A stretch of 64,000 nt of DNA from Candidatus Poseidoniia archaeon (GTDB taxonomy: Archaea; Thermoplasmatota; Poseidoniia; MGIII; CG-Epi1). The position numbers were made by a program, and so were the translations under genes. Positions 27,940 through 37,854 of the stretch are shown in pieces; the first letter of the stretch is position 1; each line of letters begins with the position of its first letter. The stretch covers positions 78,594 to 142,593 of the forward strand of contig JASMLC010000003.1 in NCBI GenBank assembly GCA_030748895.1, read 5' to 3'. The notes under the pieces were generated by a model, which saw only the letters and a list, made by a program, of their open reading frames with translations, ran no database searches and was not told the origin of the DNA.

Positions 27940-30900
27940 ATGCGCCAACATCTCAGAAATGCACTCGCCGTACTTGCGTCTGTAATCCTGTTTTCACTGG
28001 CGGCCACGACCGTAACGGGCGAGGGGGTGGACCTGACAATTACTTCCCTGGACTACACGAACGACTTTGAGACGGGAGATCCCGTTACCATCGTCCAGAG
28101 CGGGCGGGATGCTGGCACTGTATACAAATACAATTTTTACGACGATGATGATGATAACTGTGGTGAGCAGCGGTGTATCCCCGAGAACTGGTATGCGAAG
28201 AATTTTGACGACGCAATCTGGGATTCAGGAGCCGCACCATTCGGCAATAATGATCAGGCCGGCGCCAGTCCGGGCACGATGTGGCAAACAGAGGATGATC
28301 TGAATGACCACGTCATAATTCGCCATCACTTTACTTACAATGATGAGTATGATGCAATCAGTGCAACCCTGAACCTGGCCTACAATAACTACTATGTCGC
28401 CTACCTGAACGGGAACCTTATTCGAGACTGCTATTCTTACCAAAACAACAACAATTGTTATCAAGGCGACGCTGCATACTGGAACAATGAACTGACCTAT
28501 GACGGAGGCTCCCAGTCAGGGCCTAATCAAGATTGGCTAGTCGAAGGTGACAACGTACTTGCCATACTAGGGAGAGATAGTACTTGGGGTGGGGACCCTG
28601 ATCAGTGGCTTGATGTCGAACTCGTGGTCAACGTCCAGTCCTGGAGGGAAAAACCGATTATCCTCGGTGATGACCTGTGGCTGAGGGTGATTACTTCCAA
28701 CGTGGGAAACGAAACCGCTGAGAACTTCAGTGTCACGCTGGAAATCGAGGGTGAGGAGCTGGGGAATACTACCATAACTGAACTGGCACCTAATGCTACG
28801 GCTGAAAGTGTGTTCTACTGGACTCCGGAGGCGCTCGGAGACTTTAATCTCATGGCTTTTGCTGATGCTGGGCAAGATGTTGGGGAAAGCGATGAGAACA
28901 ACAATACCCTGAATCGCACAATACATATTGGGTTCTATGCGTACAATCTTACTGTGGAATCAAACCATGTTGTAGGAAATGTTACAGAGATTTTCAGGTA
29001 CAATCTAACTGTCACTAACGAAGGCGACGTGGAAGACAATTTCACCCTCTCAGCCTCAGGTATTTTCTACAATTGGGATTGGACCCTTACGCCCAGCGTA
29101 CTTCACCTGCAACCCGGAGAGGGCGGGAATGCGACTCTTGAAATAGTTCCGGACAGAGAGACGTTGGCTGGGAATTACTCCGTGTTCATGAGTGCCAGGT
29201 CTCAGTACTATAGTGAATTCAGGGAGAGCGTAGTCCTGAGTGGCCGGGATAACGAGACAGAATGGTGGTGGGCCCATTCCAATAGCAGTAACACGCGACT
29301 CTACTATTGCACGGACAATGATGAACCCGACGACCCAGATTATGAATGCGATATCAGCTGGACCGAACTGGACTTCGACTATGATGACAACTGGACCCTT
29401 GACCCGGCACCCTTCGGAGATACCGACATAGGCAATGTAGACAACAACACGGTCTGGCAAGGCAACAGTTACGCCTACTTCCGCCATATATTCACTATCG
29501 ATAATATCTCGGCTTACGAAGGGGGCAGCCTGAGCCTGAATACTGCGGCAAACAACTACGGGACCTACTACCTGAACAGCCAGATAGTGTTCAATGACAT
29601 GCGGCAGGGTCAGGGACACACCGCGAATTACTGGAACGATGAAACCCTGTTTGGACCCGAACTCCTGCAGGAGGGCGAAAATATCCTGGCGTCAGTAGTC
29701 CGGGAAACTGGAAACACCCAGTGGTTTGATGAGGAAGTGGTGGCTGTTTTCTCCCAATCCGCAGCCTGGGATTTCGTTCCGCTACCACTGGAACTGGAAA
29801 TGGAGGTACTGCCGACCTATAATTTCTCGCTCTCGGCTCCCATTAGCAACAAGCAGATTCCGGACGACACTAACTACACCTTTCAAGTCTGGATTACCAA
29901 TCTGGGAAACATCGGAGATACCTATGAGATGGTAGTCACACTAAACGACACCTACAACTTCACAATTCTTAACTACACCACCACTGAAATGCACAGCGTT
30001 GTTGGAGAGGGGGCAATAGGTTACATTAATGTCACCATGCGCGACCTTATCGAGGAAGACGCGCGTGGCGGTTTCAATGTTACTGTAATTTCGCGCAACT
30101 CGACCGAACAACTCACTAAATGGATTGAGCTGACTGCAAGGCTCTATATCGTGCCTGACACACTGCGTCCTGTTACGGAGGCTATAACAGATCCACTCGT
30201 CAACTCGACCTCGTTCCAGGTAGGGTGGGAAGTAGCCGAATGGTATCGCCTCGATGAGGTGCTCGGCAACGACACCTTGGTGGTAACCGTCGAATACCGG
30301 CGCGACAACGGCAGCGGCGGCTGGGAGGAGTGGCAGGTGTGGCAGGTCTTCACGGCCGAGGACGAGGACAATCCGCTCGGCAGCGGGAGCGGAACCTTCT
30401 CGCTGGGTGAGGACGGCCGCAGCTTCCAGTTCCGGGCAACCGGCCTCGACGACGACGGGCTGCTGGAGGACAAGACGGGACGCAATGACACCGAGACGCT
30501 GGTCGACACGACCCCGCCGACGGTCGCCGTTTCTAGCGACCCGGCCGGCGCGCTGCTCAGCACCGACTATCTCGAGCTGAGCTGGGAGAGCAGCACCAGC
30601 GACCTTGCTGGCTACGACCTGCAACATTCGTTTGACGGCGGCGCGTGGGAAACGCTGCTGGCCGACTCGCTCGCGACGCGCTACGACTACTACGTCACGG
30701 CCGACGGTAGCCACGCCTTCCGCGTCATCGCGAGCGATGACGCGGGCAACCGCGACGTGCCCGACACGCCCCAAATCAGCATGGTCATCGACACCGCAGC
30801 CCCGACGGGGAGGCTCGCGTCGCTGGAGCCGCTGACCGGCGCGCTGGCGGTGACGTTGCTGCCATCGCAGGACAACGCCAGCAGCTACAACCTGAGCTAC

Positions 30901-31917
30901 GCGCGGATTGCCGAGGAACAGCTGCTGACCGCCATCTGGGCGTGGCAGGAGCTCGGCAGCTGGAACGCAACGCAGTCGCACGACTTCGACGTCGTCGACG
31001 GCTACGCCTACTACTTCCGCTACACGCCGGTCGACGCGGCGGGCAACGTCGCCGACCGCGACTCCCTCAGCGCAACTTACAGCGGCGACGGAAACCCGGG
31101 CCAGTCGTTCCCACTGCTGCTCCCCGCTATCATCCAGCAGGGCGACCTGCAACTCACCGTGCACGCTGGCCTGACGGAACTGGCGCGCAGCAACGCGCCG
31201 GGGATGGTTCTCAGCAACCAATTCTACTACGACACGGCGACCGCCACCATCCAATTCGGGAACGGCGCGAGCGGCTACCTGCCGACCGAGGGGGAGTCTA
31301 TTACCATCGCCTGGAGCGGCTACGACGCCGCGACGCTGGTTGACCGCACCCCGCCCTCCGCCCCGCGCAGCTTCGAGCTGACGCTGGCGGTCGGGGGGAC
31401 GACGGCGCAGCTGCGGTTCCTCTATTCAGCCTCGGACGACGTGGTCGAGTATCGCATCATCCGCAAGGATTCGCCCAACGCTACCGGCGACCTGCTCACG
31501 ACACTCGCCCACAGCGAGGGGTACCTGACGTACGTCGACCAGCCGCCGGGCGAACAGCTCTGGATTTACCGTGTCATAGCGGTCGACCGCAGGGGGCAGC
31601 TCTCGCCAGCGGTCGAGGCGACGGTCGATCTGACACCAGCGGTGCAGCCACTGACGGACGGCGACGATGAAGCGGGGCTGCCGCTGATGACGCTGCTGGC
31701 GGGCGCGGCGCTGGTGCTGGGCGGTGGAGCGGCGGCCTGGTGGTTCACCCGGCCGCCGCCCGTGGCCATCGCGCCGGTGCTGACGAGTGTCGCGTCGCCT
31801 TTCACCGCCGCCGGGGCAGAACTGGCGTGCGACGGATGCGGAACCGTCTTCGCCCCCGACGAGGGGGAGACGCTACACTGCCCCGGCTGCGGGCAGGTCG
31901 GGCCACCCCCTTCCTGA
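27940..31917 (+). CDS. Giant (about 1325 aa) surface glycoprotein: two jelly-roll-like domains, CARDB, FN3/Ig domains, TM helix and C-terminal zinc ribbon
   Basis: Signal peptide; duplicated W...FD.D.W...APFG modules; CARDB ESDENNN; FN3-like FRVIASDDAGN; TM LLAGAALVLGGGAAAWWF; CDGC...CPGC tail; many N-x-S/T sequons. Confidence 0.8.
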   Translation: MRQHLRNALAVLASVILFSLAATTVTGEGVDLTITSLDYTNDFETGDPVTIVQSGRDAGTVYKYNFYDDDDDNCGEQRCIPENWYAKNFDDAIWDSGAAPFGNNDQAGASPGTMWQTEDDLNDHVIIRHHFTYNDEYDAISATLNLAYNNYYVAYLNGNLIRDCYSYQNNNNCYQGDAAYWNNELTYDGGSQSGPNQDWLVEGDNVLAILGRDSTWGGDPDQWLDVELVVNVQSWREKPIILGDDLWLRVITSNVGNETAENFSVTLEIEGEELGNTTITELAPNATAESVFYWTPEALGDFNLMAFADAGQDVGESDENNNTLNRTIHIGFYAYNLTVESNHVVGNVTEIFRYNLTVTNEGDVEDNFTLSASGIFYNWDWTLTPSVLHLQPGEGGNATLEIVPDRETLAGNYSVFMSARSQYYSEFRESVVLSGRDNETEWWWAHSNSSNTRLYYCTDNDEPDDPDYECDISWTELDFDYDDNWTLDPAPFGDTDIGNVDNNTVWQGNSYAYFRHIFTIDNISAYEGGSLSLNTAANNYGTYYLNSQIVFNDMRQGQGHTANYWNDETLFGPELLQEGENILASVVRETGNTQWFDEEVVAVFSQSAAWDFVPLPLELEMEVLPTYNFSLSAPISNKQIPDDTNYTFQVWITNLGNIGDTYEMVVTLNDTYNFTILNYTTTEMHSVVGEGAIGYINVTMRDLIEEDARGGFNVTVISRNSTEQLTKWIELTARLYIVPDTLRPVTEAITDPLVNSTSFQVGWEVAEWYRLDEVLGNDTLVVTVEYRRDNGSGGWEEWQVWQVFTAEDEDNPLGSGSGTFSLGEDGRSFQFRATGLDDDGLLEDKTGRNDTETLVDTTPPTVAVSSDPAGALLSTDYLELSWESSTSDLAGYDLQHSFDGGAWETLLADSLATRYDYYVTADGSHAFRVIASDDAGNRDVPDTPQISMVIDTAAPTGRLASLEPLTGALAVTLLPSQDNASSYNLSYARIAEEQLLTAIWAWQELGSWNATQSHDFDVVDGYAYYFRYTPVDAAGNVADRDSLSATYSGDGNPGQSFPLLLPAIIQQGDLQLTVHAGLTELARSNAPGMVLSNQFYYDTATATIQFGNGASGYLPTEGESITIAWSGYDAATLVDRTPPSAPRSFELTLAVGGTTAQLRFLYSASDDVVEYRIIRKDSPNATGDLLTTLAHSEGYLTYVDQPPGEQLWIYRVIAVDRRGQLSPAVEATVDLTPAVQPLTDGDDEAGLPLMTLLAGAALVLGGGAAAWWFTRPPPVAIAPVLTSVASPFTAAGAELACDGCGTVFAPDEGETLHCPGCGQVGPPPS

Positions 31918-31976
31918 AGCGCTGACGCAATCTTATAAAGCGCATTACAACATACGGTAGACAACCGGAGGTTGAT

Positions 31977-32636
31977 ATGTCGCTGGAAGAAATCGATGAC
32001 CTGTTCTACCTACTCGAAAACCCGACGCGGCGGCGCATCCTGAAGCTGCTCTCCCGCGAGCGGCTCTACCCGCTGCAGCTGTCGCGCGAAATTGACGTCA
32101 GCCAGCAGGCGGTGGTCAAGCACCTGCGCATCCTCGAGGAGCACGGCATGGTCGCTTCGCGCGACGAACCGAGCGACAGGGGGCCCAACCGGCGCGTCTA
32201 CCGCGCTTCGCGCTCGGTCTCGCTGCATATCGACGTTGGGCCGACGACTTTCCGTGAGCAGGCGGCACCGATGGCCGAGGATGCCAAACTGAGCGCCGAG
32301 CAGCTGCGCATCCGCAGCGCTATCTCCGAGGCGCGCAATATGGAGCCGAGCGCCCGCATGGACCTGCTGGCGCGCGTCGGCGAGGATTTGCGCCACTCGC
32401 TGCATGCCCACGAGCAGGAGCGGCAGCAGCTGCTGGCGCTAATCAGCGAGTTGAACCGCGAAGTGGGGCGCTGCAGCCGCAAGGCGGACTGCAGCTACGA
32501 CGAGCGGCGGATGCTGCACCACATGCTCCAGAACCCGAGCTACACCATCGAGGGCGCTGCCGCCGCGCTGGGGCTGCGCGAAGCCGAGGTACGGCTGCTG
32601 CTGACGGGGCTAGAGCAGCGCGGGCTCGCCCGCTGA
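31977..32636 (+). CDS. ArsR-family winged-helix transcriptional regulator
   Basis: LENPTRRRIL...SQQAVVKHLRILEEHG...RRVY, followed by a coiled coil and a second HTH. Confidence 0.87.
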   Translation: MSLEEIDDLFYLLENPTRRRILKLLSRERLYPLQLSREIDVSQQAVVKHLRILEEHGMVASRDEPSDRGPNRRVYRASRSVSLHIDVGPTTFREQAAPMAEDAKLSAEQLRIRSAISEARNMEPSARMDLLARVGEDLRHSLHAHEQERQQLLALISELNREVGRCSRKADCSYDERRMLHHMLQNPSYTIEGAAAALGLREAEVRLLLTGLEQRGLAR

Positions 32637-32664
32637 ACATTAAATAGGGGAACTAAATCGACGG

Positions 32665-33165
32665 ATGATGCGAATTCTCTACGGCACGCTGGTGCTGTTA
32701 CTCGTCGCCACGGCGGCCCACGGCGAGGCAACCTACCGCGTCGACGGACTGCCGCTCGACTACGCCCTCGGCGCGACCTACGAGGTCACGCTGACGGTGA
32801 GCGACCCCGACGCGGTGACGGGGGTCACAATCACGACCACTAACGGCTCGCTCTCCGCCGCGGATGAGTTCGGCGAAGGCGAGGCACACGACCTGCAATT
32901 CGGCGCGGACGACGGCTGGAGCTTCTTCTGGCAGGCGCCCGCCGACGTACACGAACTGGGCAAGGGCGAGGCGGAATTCAGCGTCACTTTCGCCGGCGAG
33001 GATGACTCGACCTGGGCCAGCTACGAAACGGTCGTGCGGCCGCCGCCAATCCACGCCGAGGATGAGGAAGCGACGCCCGTTTGGGCGCTGCAACTGGCAT
33101 GGGGCGGCGTCGCGCTGACTGGGATCCTGGCACTGGCTGCGGCATTCGTGCTGCGGCGCGGCTGA
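32665..33165 (+). CDS. Membrane-anchored exported protein with a Reeler-like domain
   Basis: Signal peptide; GLPLDYALGATYEVTLTV...TNGS...WSFFWQAP...GEAEFSV; C-terminal TM followed by RR. Confidence 0.6.
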   Translation: MMRILYGTLVLLLVATAAHGEATYRVDGLPLDYALGATYEVTLTVSDPDAVTGVTITTTNGSLSAADEFGEGEAHDLQFGADDGWSFFWQAPADVHELGKGEAEFSVTFAGEDDSTWASYETVVRPPPIHAEDEEATPVWALQLAWGGVALTGILALAAAFVLRRG

Positions 33166-33251
33166 AGCGGCTATCGTCGGAGACGCGGGCGCAACGTATA
33201 TATCGGGCGACAAACGTCCCTGATACCTGCCTACGGGCAGAGGACATAACC

Positions 33252-33752
33252 ATGAAACGCAGAATTGTGAACGATGAGCAGGCGGTTTCACCTGTGATTG
33301 CGGTCATCCTGATGGTCGCAATTACGGTCGTGCTAGCCGCTGTGCTGTATGTGTGGGCCTCCAGCTTCCTGGGTGGCACCACTAAGAACGCGCCGACCGG
33401 CAGCACCATGGCAACCAAGACCTCAGGGAACGTCTGGATCGTAGAAATGATCAAGCTGAACCCGCAAGTCTCGGTGAACTCGGTCCACTGGTACCTGCTG
33501 GACATCCAGGGCAACACTGTCAGTGATGGCCTGGTATCGGCAGTCTACGGCTATTATGCCGGTGAGGGCAAGGGCGTCATCTTCGTCGACAACGACTTCG
33601 ATGGTAAGCTGAGCCCGGGCGACAAGTTCGAGGTCCACCCCGGTGAATCCGGCTCAGACCTCGAGAACACGAACTCGGTAGACGACTACAAGTTCCGTCT
33701 CAAGTTCGAGCCCACCGGCGACACCATCGGCTACGACACCCCGCTGTCATAG
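33252..33752 (+). CDS. Archaeal type IV pilin
   Basis: Class III signal EQA/VSPVIAVILMVAITVVLAAVLYVW; DNDFDGKLSPGD. Confidence 0.9.
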   Translation: MKRRIVNDEQAVSPVIAVILMVAITVVLAAVLYVWASSFLGGTTKNAPTGSTMATKTSGNVWIVEMIKLNPQVSVNSVHWYLLDIQGNTVSDGLVSAVYGYYAGEGKGVIFVDNDFDGKLSPGDKFEVHPGESGSDLENTNSVDDYKFRLKFEPTGDTIGYDTPLS

Positions 33753-33777
33753 ACCTGACGGGCTGAACAGCCAAACA

Positions 33778-33798
33778 GGGGCGGCCCACAGCCGCCCC
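33778..33798 (+). terminator. GC-rich hairpin downstream of the pilin gene
   Basis: GGGGCGGC-CCACA-GCCGCCCC, a perfect 8-bp stem between convergent genes. Confidence 0.45.
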
Positions 33799-33863
33799 AC
33801 CCCTGCCGCAAGCGGCGCTAGCTGTGCTAGTAGCGCCGCCCGGCAGACCCCATTTTTACAACT

Positions 33864-34421
33864 TCAGCTCAGCTCGAAGTGTGCACACTCTAATCGTACC
33901 GCTCCCTGCGAGAGCTGGCTGACGTACCGCACGCAGTGCAGGTCGCCCGCGCCGAGCCGCGCCAGCAACAGCGCACCGGTCTCGCGCTCGCAAATTGCCT
34001 GCGCCCCGTCAGCGAAGCTGAAGATGTGGAAGCCACCGTGGACCGCTTGCGGCTGGCGCGTCAGATCGAGGGCGAGCAGTAGCCGCTCGCCCTCCCCCTC
34101 CGCGTCGTGCAGCAGCGAGTAGTCGCCCGGACCGTAGCACTCGTGGCGGCAGTCGCCCAACGCCCAGCGCGCGCCGGTCGCCTGCGCCAGCCATTCCGCC
34201 AGCGGCGGCGAGCGCCAGAAATCGGCCAGCTGCGGCGGCCCGGTCGCGCGGACCGCGAAACCGGGCCACTCCTCGCGCGTGAGTTTTCCGGCGGGCGGCA
34301 GCTCCGGGAGTTCGGTGAGGAAGCCGGAGAGCTGCACGACGCGCTCGCGCGCCAGCTGCTCGCTGACCGCAGCGAGCGCCTCGGAGTCGCACCACGCGGA
34401 GGCGATGGGGGCTTCAGCCAT
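33864..34421 (-). CDS. Degenerate 2OG-Fe(II) oxygenase domain resembling the OGFOD1/Tpa1 C-terminal domain
   Basis: VVQLSGFL, CRHECYGPGDYSLLHD, LLLALDL, HGGFHIF and HCVRYVS. Confidence 0.65.
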   Translation of the reverse strand: MAEAPIASAWCDSEALAAVSEQLARERVVQLSGFLTELPELPPAGKLTREEWPGFAVRATGPPQLADFWRSPPLAEWLAQATGARWALGDCRHECYGPGDYSLLHDAEGEGERLLLALDLTRQPQAVHGGFHIFSFADGAQAICERETGALLLARLGAGDLHCVRYVSQLSQGAVRLECAHFELS

Positions 34422-34977
34422 GGTACCACCCCGTCACCGTCAACCGCTGCACCTCGCCAACGACCTCTGCAACTTGGTGCCACGAACGCGGTGAGACGCG
34501 GAACAGCACCAGCGAATTGAACTCGGGGACAATACGCTTCACGGCGCGGCCGGCGATGTCGCCGGCCGCGTCAAACAGCTCGAGCGCGCCGCCGTCCTGC
34601 TCGCGCAGCCCGCGCGTCAGGTGCAGCGACCAGGCGACCTGCCGCCCCTCGACGCGGTCGTCGTGCGGCAGCAGGAAGTCGCCCTGCGCGTAGACGTAGG
34701 CGGCGAGGTCGAGGCTACGCAGCGGGGGCGTGGAGAACGCCGTCGCGACCCGGGCGCGCCAGGCGGGGTCGCCCAGTGTGCTGCGCAGCCCCTCCAGTTG
34801 CGGGGCTGCGCCCAGTTCGCGCGTCGAGGAGTAGCTGAACAAATCGGCCTCGCCCGGTTCAAAAACTTGCTCAGTGAGCCACTCCAGCTCCCCCGCAACG
34901 GCGTCGAGGTCGAGGAAGTCGTGGACGACCGCGTGCGGGAACGGCGCCGGAATTACCTCAATTTCATGACTGCGCAT
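34414..34977 (-). CDS. 2OG-Fe(II) prolyl hydroxylase resembling the OGFOD1/Tpa1 catalytic domain
   Basis: PFPHAVVHDFL, GDFLLPHDDRVEGRQVA, GGALELF, FNSLVLFRVSPRSWHQVAEV and RLTVTGWYH. ATG 34977. Confidence 0.85.
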   Translation of the reverse strand: MRSHEIEVIPAPFPHAVVHDFLDLDAVAGELEWLTEQVFEPGEADLFSYSSTRELGAAPQLEGLRSTLGDPAWRARVATAFSTPPLRSLDLAAYVYAQGDFLLPHDDRVEGRQVAWSLHLTRGLREQDGGALELFDAAGDIAGRAVKRIVPEFNSLVLFRVSPRSWHQVAEVVGEVQRLTVTGWYHG

Positions 34978-35857
34978 CGAACCACCCGCGCATGCCGCGC
35001 ACCGACCCCAGATGGGTGCCGGTCTGGTGCGGCCCCATTGCCAGCTCGGTTTGCGCCAGCCGGGGCCGCGCCGCCAGTAGCCGCGCTGTCGTCGCAACGG
35101 CATCCTCGCCAGCGGATACGCCGTCGGCGACGAGCGCCATCCATGTCTCGAATTCGTCGCGTACTTGCGCGATAGCCGCGCCGCCAGCGGCAGGGCGCGG
35201 GCCGAAGTGGGTGTAGTGCAGCCATTCCGCGTCGAGCGCCGCCAGTGCGTCGAGCGACTTGAGCGCCAGCGCATGGTCGTAGCGCGGCGGCGTGACCGGG
35301 AACGCGCAGTCCAGTTCGGGATACCAGAGCCCCAGCGCATCGCCGACGAAAACCTCGCGGTCGGCGACCCACGCGACATGGTGCGGTGCGTGGCCCGGCG
35401 TGTGCAATGCCCTGAGCTGCGTCGCGCCGAGGTCAACGACGTCGCCGTCCTCGACGGCGGCGACACTGTCCCGCGGGACAGGGAGCGGCTCACCGTACAG
35501 TTCTGCAATCTCCCCCAGGAAAACGCGGCTGCCCTCCCAGAGCCGCTGCGGGTCGATTACGTGCTTCTGCGCCTTCGGGTGAACTAGCGCACGCGCGTTC
35601 GGCAGCTCGCGCAGCAGGTGGCCACCGGCGCCGAAGTGGTCGAGGTGGATATGCGTCGGCAGCACCCAGTCAACATCTTCCGGCGTGAGGCCAGTAGCTG
35701 CAATGCCCTCCATGAGGCGCTCCAGTGCGCAGGCGGGGCCGGTCTCGATTATAGCATTTTTCTCGTCGAGCCATATATAAATAGTGATGAAGCCGGGAAC
35801 GCCATTCGGCTGAAGGTCGAACCAGAACAGGTGCTCTGAGTGGCGGTGCAGTTCCAC
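34964..35857 (-). CDS. MBL-fold metallo-hydrolase
   Basis: THIHLDHFG, TPGHAPHH, GD and YTHFG. Confidence 0.9.
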   Translation of the reverse strand: MELHRHSEHLFWFDLQPNGVPGFITIYIWLDEKNAIIETGPACALERLMEGIAATGLTPEDVDWVLPTHIHLDHFGAGGHLLRELPNARALVHPKAQKHVIDPQRLWEGSRVFLGEIAELYGEPLPVPRDSVAAVEDGDVVDLGATQLRALHTPGHAPHHVAWVADREVFVGDALGLWYPELDCAFPVTPPRYDHALALKSLDALAALDAEWLHYTHFGPRPAAGGAAIAQVRDEFETWMALVADGVSAGEDAVATTARLLAARPRLAQTELAMGPHQTGTHLGSVRGMRGWFDAQS

Positions 35858-35934
35858 GCGCCCGCAGCGGTGGAGGGGTAAAACTACGCCGTCGGCCTTA
35901 AACCGGGGGCGCCAATCGCGTGGCCCGTTGAGTC

Positions 35935-37530
35935 ATGAAGTATATCATTGTGACTGGCGGTGTCCTTTCCGGACTGGGAAAGGGCGTAACCTCTTCCTCG
36001 ATTGGCGTGCTGCTACAGCGTGCCGGGTACCGTGTTACCGCGGTCAAGATGGACCCCTACCTGAACTGCGACGCGGGGACCATGAATCCTTACGAACATG
36101 GCGAAGTATTCGTCATGACCGATGGTTCCGAGGTCGACCTCGACCTCGGCAACTATGAGCGATTCCTCAACTGCAACCTCACCGCAGCGCACAATATCAC
36201 GACCGGAAAGGTGTTCCGCTCCGTAATCGAAAAGGAGCGTCGCGGCGACTATCTGGGGCAGACCGTCCAGATTATCCCGCACGTCGTACACGAAATCGTC
36301 GATTCGATGCGCGGCGCTGCCGAGAGCGCCTCGGCCGATATCTGCCTCGTTGAGCTTGGGGGAACGGTGGGCGACATCGAATCGATGCCGTTCATGGAGG
36401 CGGTGCGGCAGCTCCACCGCGAAGAGGGGCACGAGAACGTGATGTTCATCCACACTACACTGGTACCGGTGATTGGCGCTGTTGGCGAGCAAAAGACCAA
36501 GCCGACACAGCACTCGGTCAAGGAACTGCAGGGGCTCGGCATCCGGCCTGACGTTATTGTCGGCCGCTCGACCGACCCGCTCGAGCCGGATATCGCGGCC
36601 AAGATTGCCTTTTTCGCCGACATTCCTCCCGAGAACGTGGTTTCGGCACCCGACGCTGAGTCAATCTACCATGTCCCGATGCACTTCGTCGACCAGCAGG
36701 TTCCGCAGCTCATTGAGGAACGGCTGGGGCTGAAGCGCCGCGAGCCCGACATGACGCAGTGGCAGGACTTCGCCGAACGCGTCAGCAACGGCACGCGCGA
36801 AGTGGAAATCGCACTGATTGGCAAGTATACCGACCTGAAGGACTCCTACATTTCGCATGAGGAAACGCTGCGCTACGCCGGTGCGCTGGAGGATTGCCGC
36901 GTCCGCATCCGCTGGCTCGAGGCGCCCGACCTCGAAGAAGCCGGGAACGCCGCGGCACTGGAGGGCGTCAACGGCGTCGTCGTGCCGGGTGGCTTCGGCA
37001 ACCGCGGTGCCGAAGGCAAAATCATGGCGGCGCAATGGGCGCGTGAGAACGGCGTGCCCTACCTCGGTGTCTGCTTCGGTTTCCAGCTGGCAGTCATCGA
37101 ATTCTGCCGCCACGTCCTCGACCTTGAAAAGGCAAATTCCAGCGAGCTTGACCCGGATTCGGCCCACCATGTCGTGGACCTGCTTCCCGAGCAACACGAG
37201 GTGACCGAGATGGGCGCCACGATGCGGCTGGGAGACCACGATGTGGCGCTCGACAAAGGCGTCGCGAGCGAGCTTTACGGCAGCGACTCAATCCAGGAGC
37301 GGCATCGCCATCGCTTCGAAATCAATCCAGACTACATCGAGCGCATCGAGGCGGCAGGAATGCGATTCACAGGTCGCGACACCTCGGGCCGCCGCATGGA
37401 AGTGCTGGAATTGCAGGGGCATCCCTACTTCCTGGCATCGCAGTTCCACCCTGAGTTCAAGTCGCGTCCCGACGCGCCTTCGCCGCTGCATCTGGGACTG
37501 GTGCGCGCAGCGCTCGAGTATACAGCATAA
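35935..37530 (+). CDS. pyrG: CTP synthase
   Basis: [24 protein letters not shown] and QFHPEF. Confidence 0.98.
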   Translation: MKYIIVTGGVLSGLGKGVTSSSIGVLLQRAGYRVTAVKMDPYLNCDAGTMNPYEHGEVFVMTDGSEVDLDLGNYERFLNCNLTAAHNITTGKVFRSVIEKERRGDYLGQTVQIIPHVVHEIVDSMRGAAESASADICLVELGGTVGDIESMPFMEAVRQLHREEGHENVMFIHTTLVPVIGAVGEQKTKPTQHSVKELQGLGIRPDVIVGRSTDPLEPDIAAKIAFFADIPPENVVSAPDAESIYHVPMHFVDQQVPQLIEERLGLKRREPDMTQWQDFAERVSNGTREVEIALIGKYTDLKDSYISHEETLRYAGALEDCRVRIRWLEAPDLEEAGNAAALEGVNGVVVPGGFGNRGAEGKIMAAQWARENGVPYLGVCFGFQLAVIEFCRHVLDLEKANSSELDPDSAHHVVDLLPEQHEVTEMGATMRLGDHDVALDKGVASELYGSDSIQERHRHRFEINPDYIERIEAAGMRFTGRDTSGRRMEVLELQGHPYFLASQFHPEFKSRPDAPSPLHLGLVRAALEYTA

Positions 37531-37560
37531 GTTTATAACTAGCCAGAGCCCCTCGGGGGC

Positions 37561-37854
37561 ATGTCCGAAGAGGATAGAGAATACCCTGAATTTACCGCCC
37601 CGGCGCCTACGGCTGAGAGCGACGGGCCTAATGTAGGCGTTATCCTTGCCGCTGTTTCTGGCTTGCTGGTAGTGGTTGGCTTCTATTTCGGATTCACCAG
37701 CCTGCAGGCGATGGGCGAAGGACTGGTAGCTGCCGACATGGATGCACAGCAGGGGCAACTCATGCTGGGCTACCTGCTGATTACGGGTGGCATATTCCTA
37801 GCGGCGCTGCTCTCGCTGGGCGGCGTTATCCGCGGCTTTTTCTCCAGCGACTAG
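37561..37854 (+). CDS. Small two-TM membrane protein
   Basis: Two hydrophobic helices; TTTATAA box about 25 nt upstream. Confidence 0.65.
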   Translation: MSEEDREYPEFTAPAPTAESDGPNVGVILAAVSGLLVVVGFYFGFTSLQAMGEGLVAADMDAQQGQLMLGYLLITGGIFLAALLSLGGVIRGFFSSD

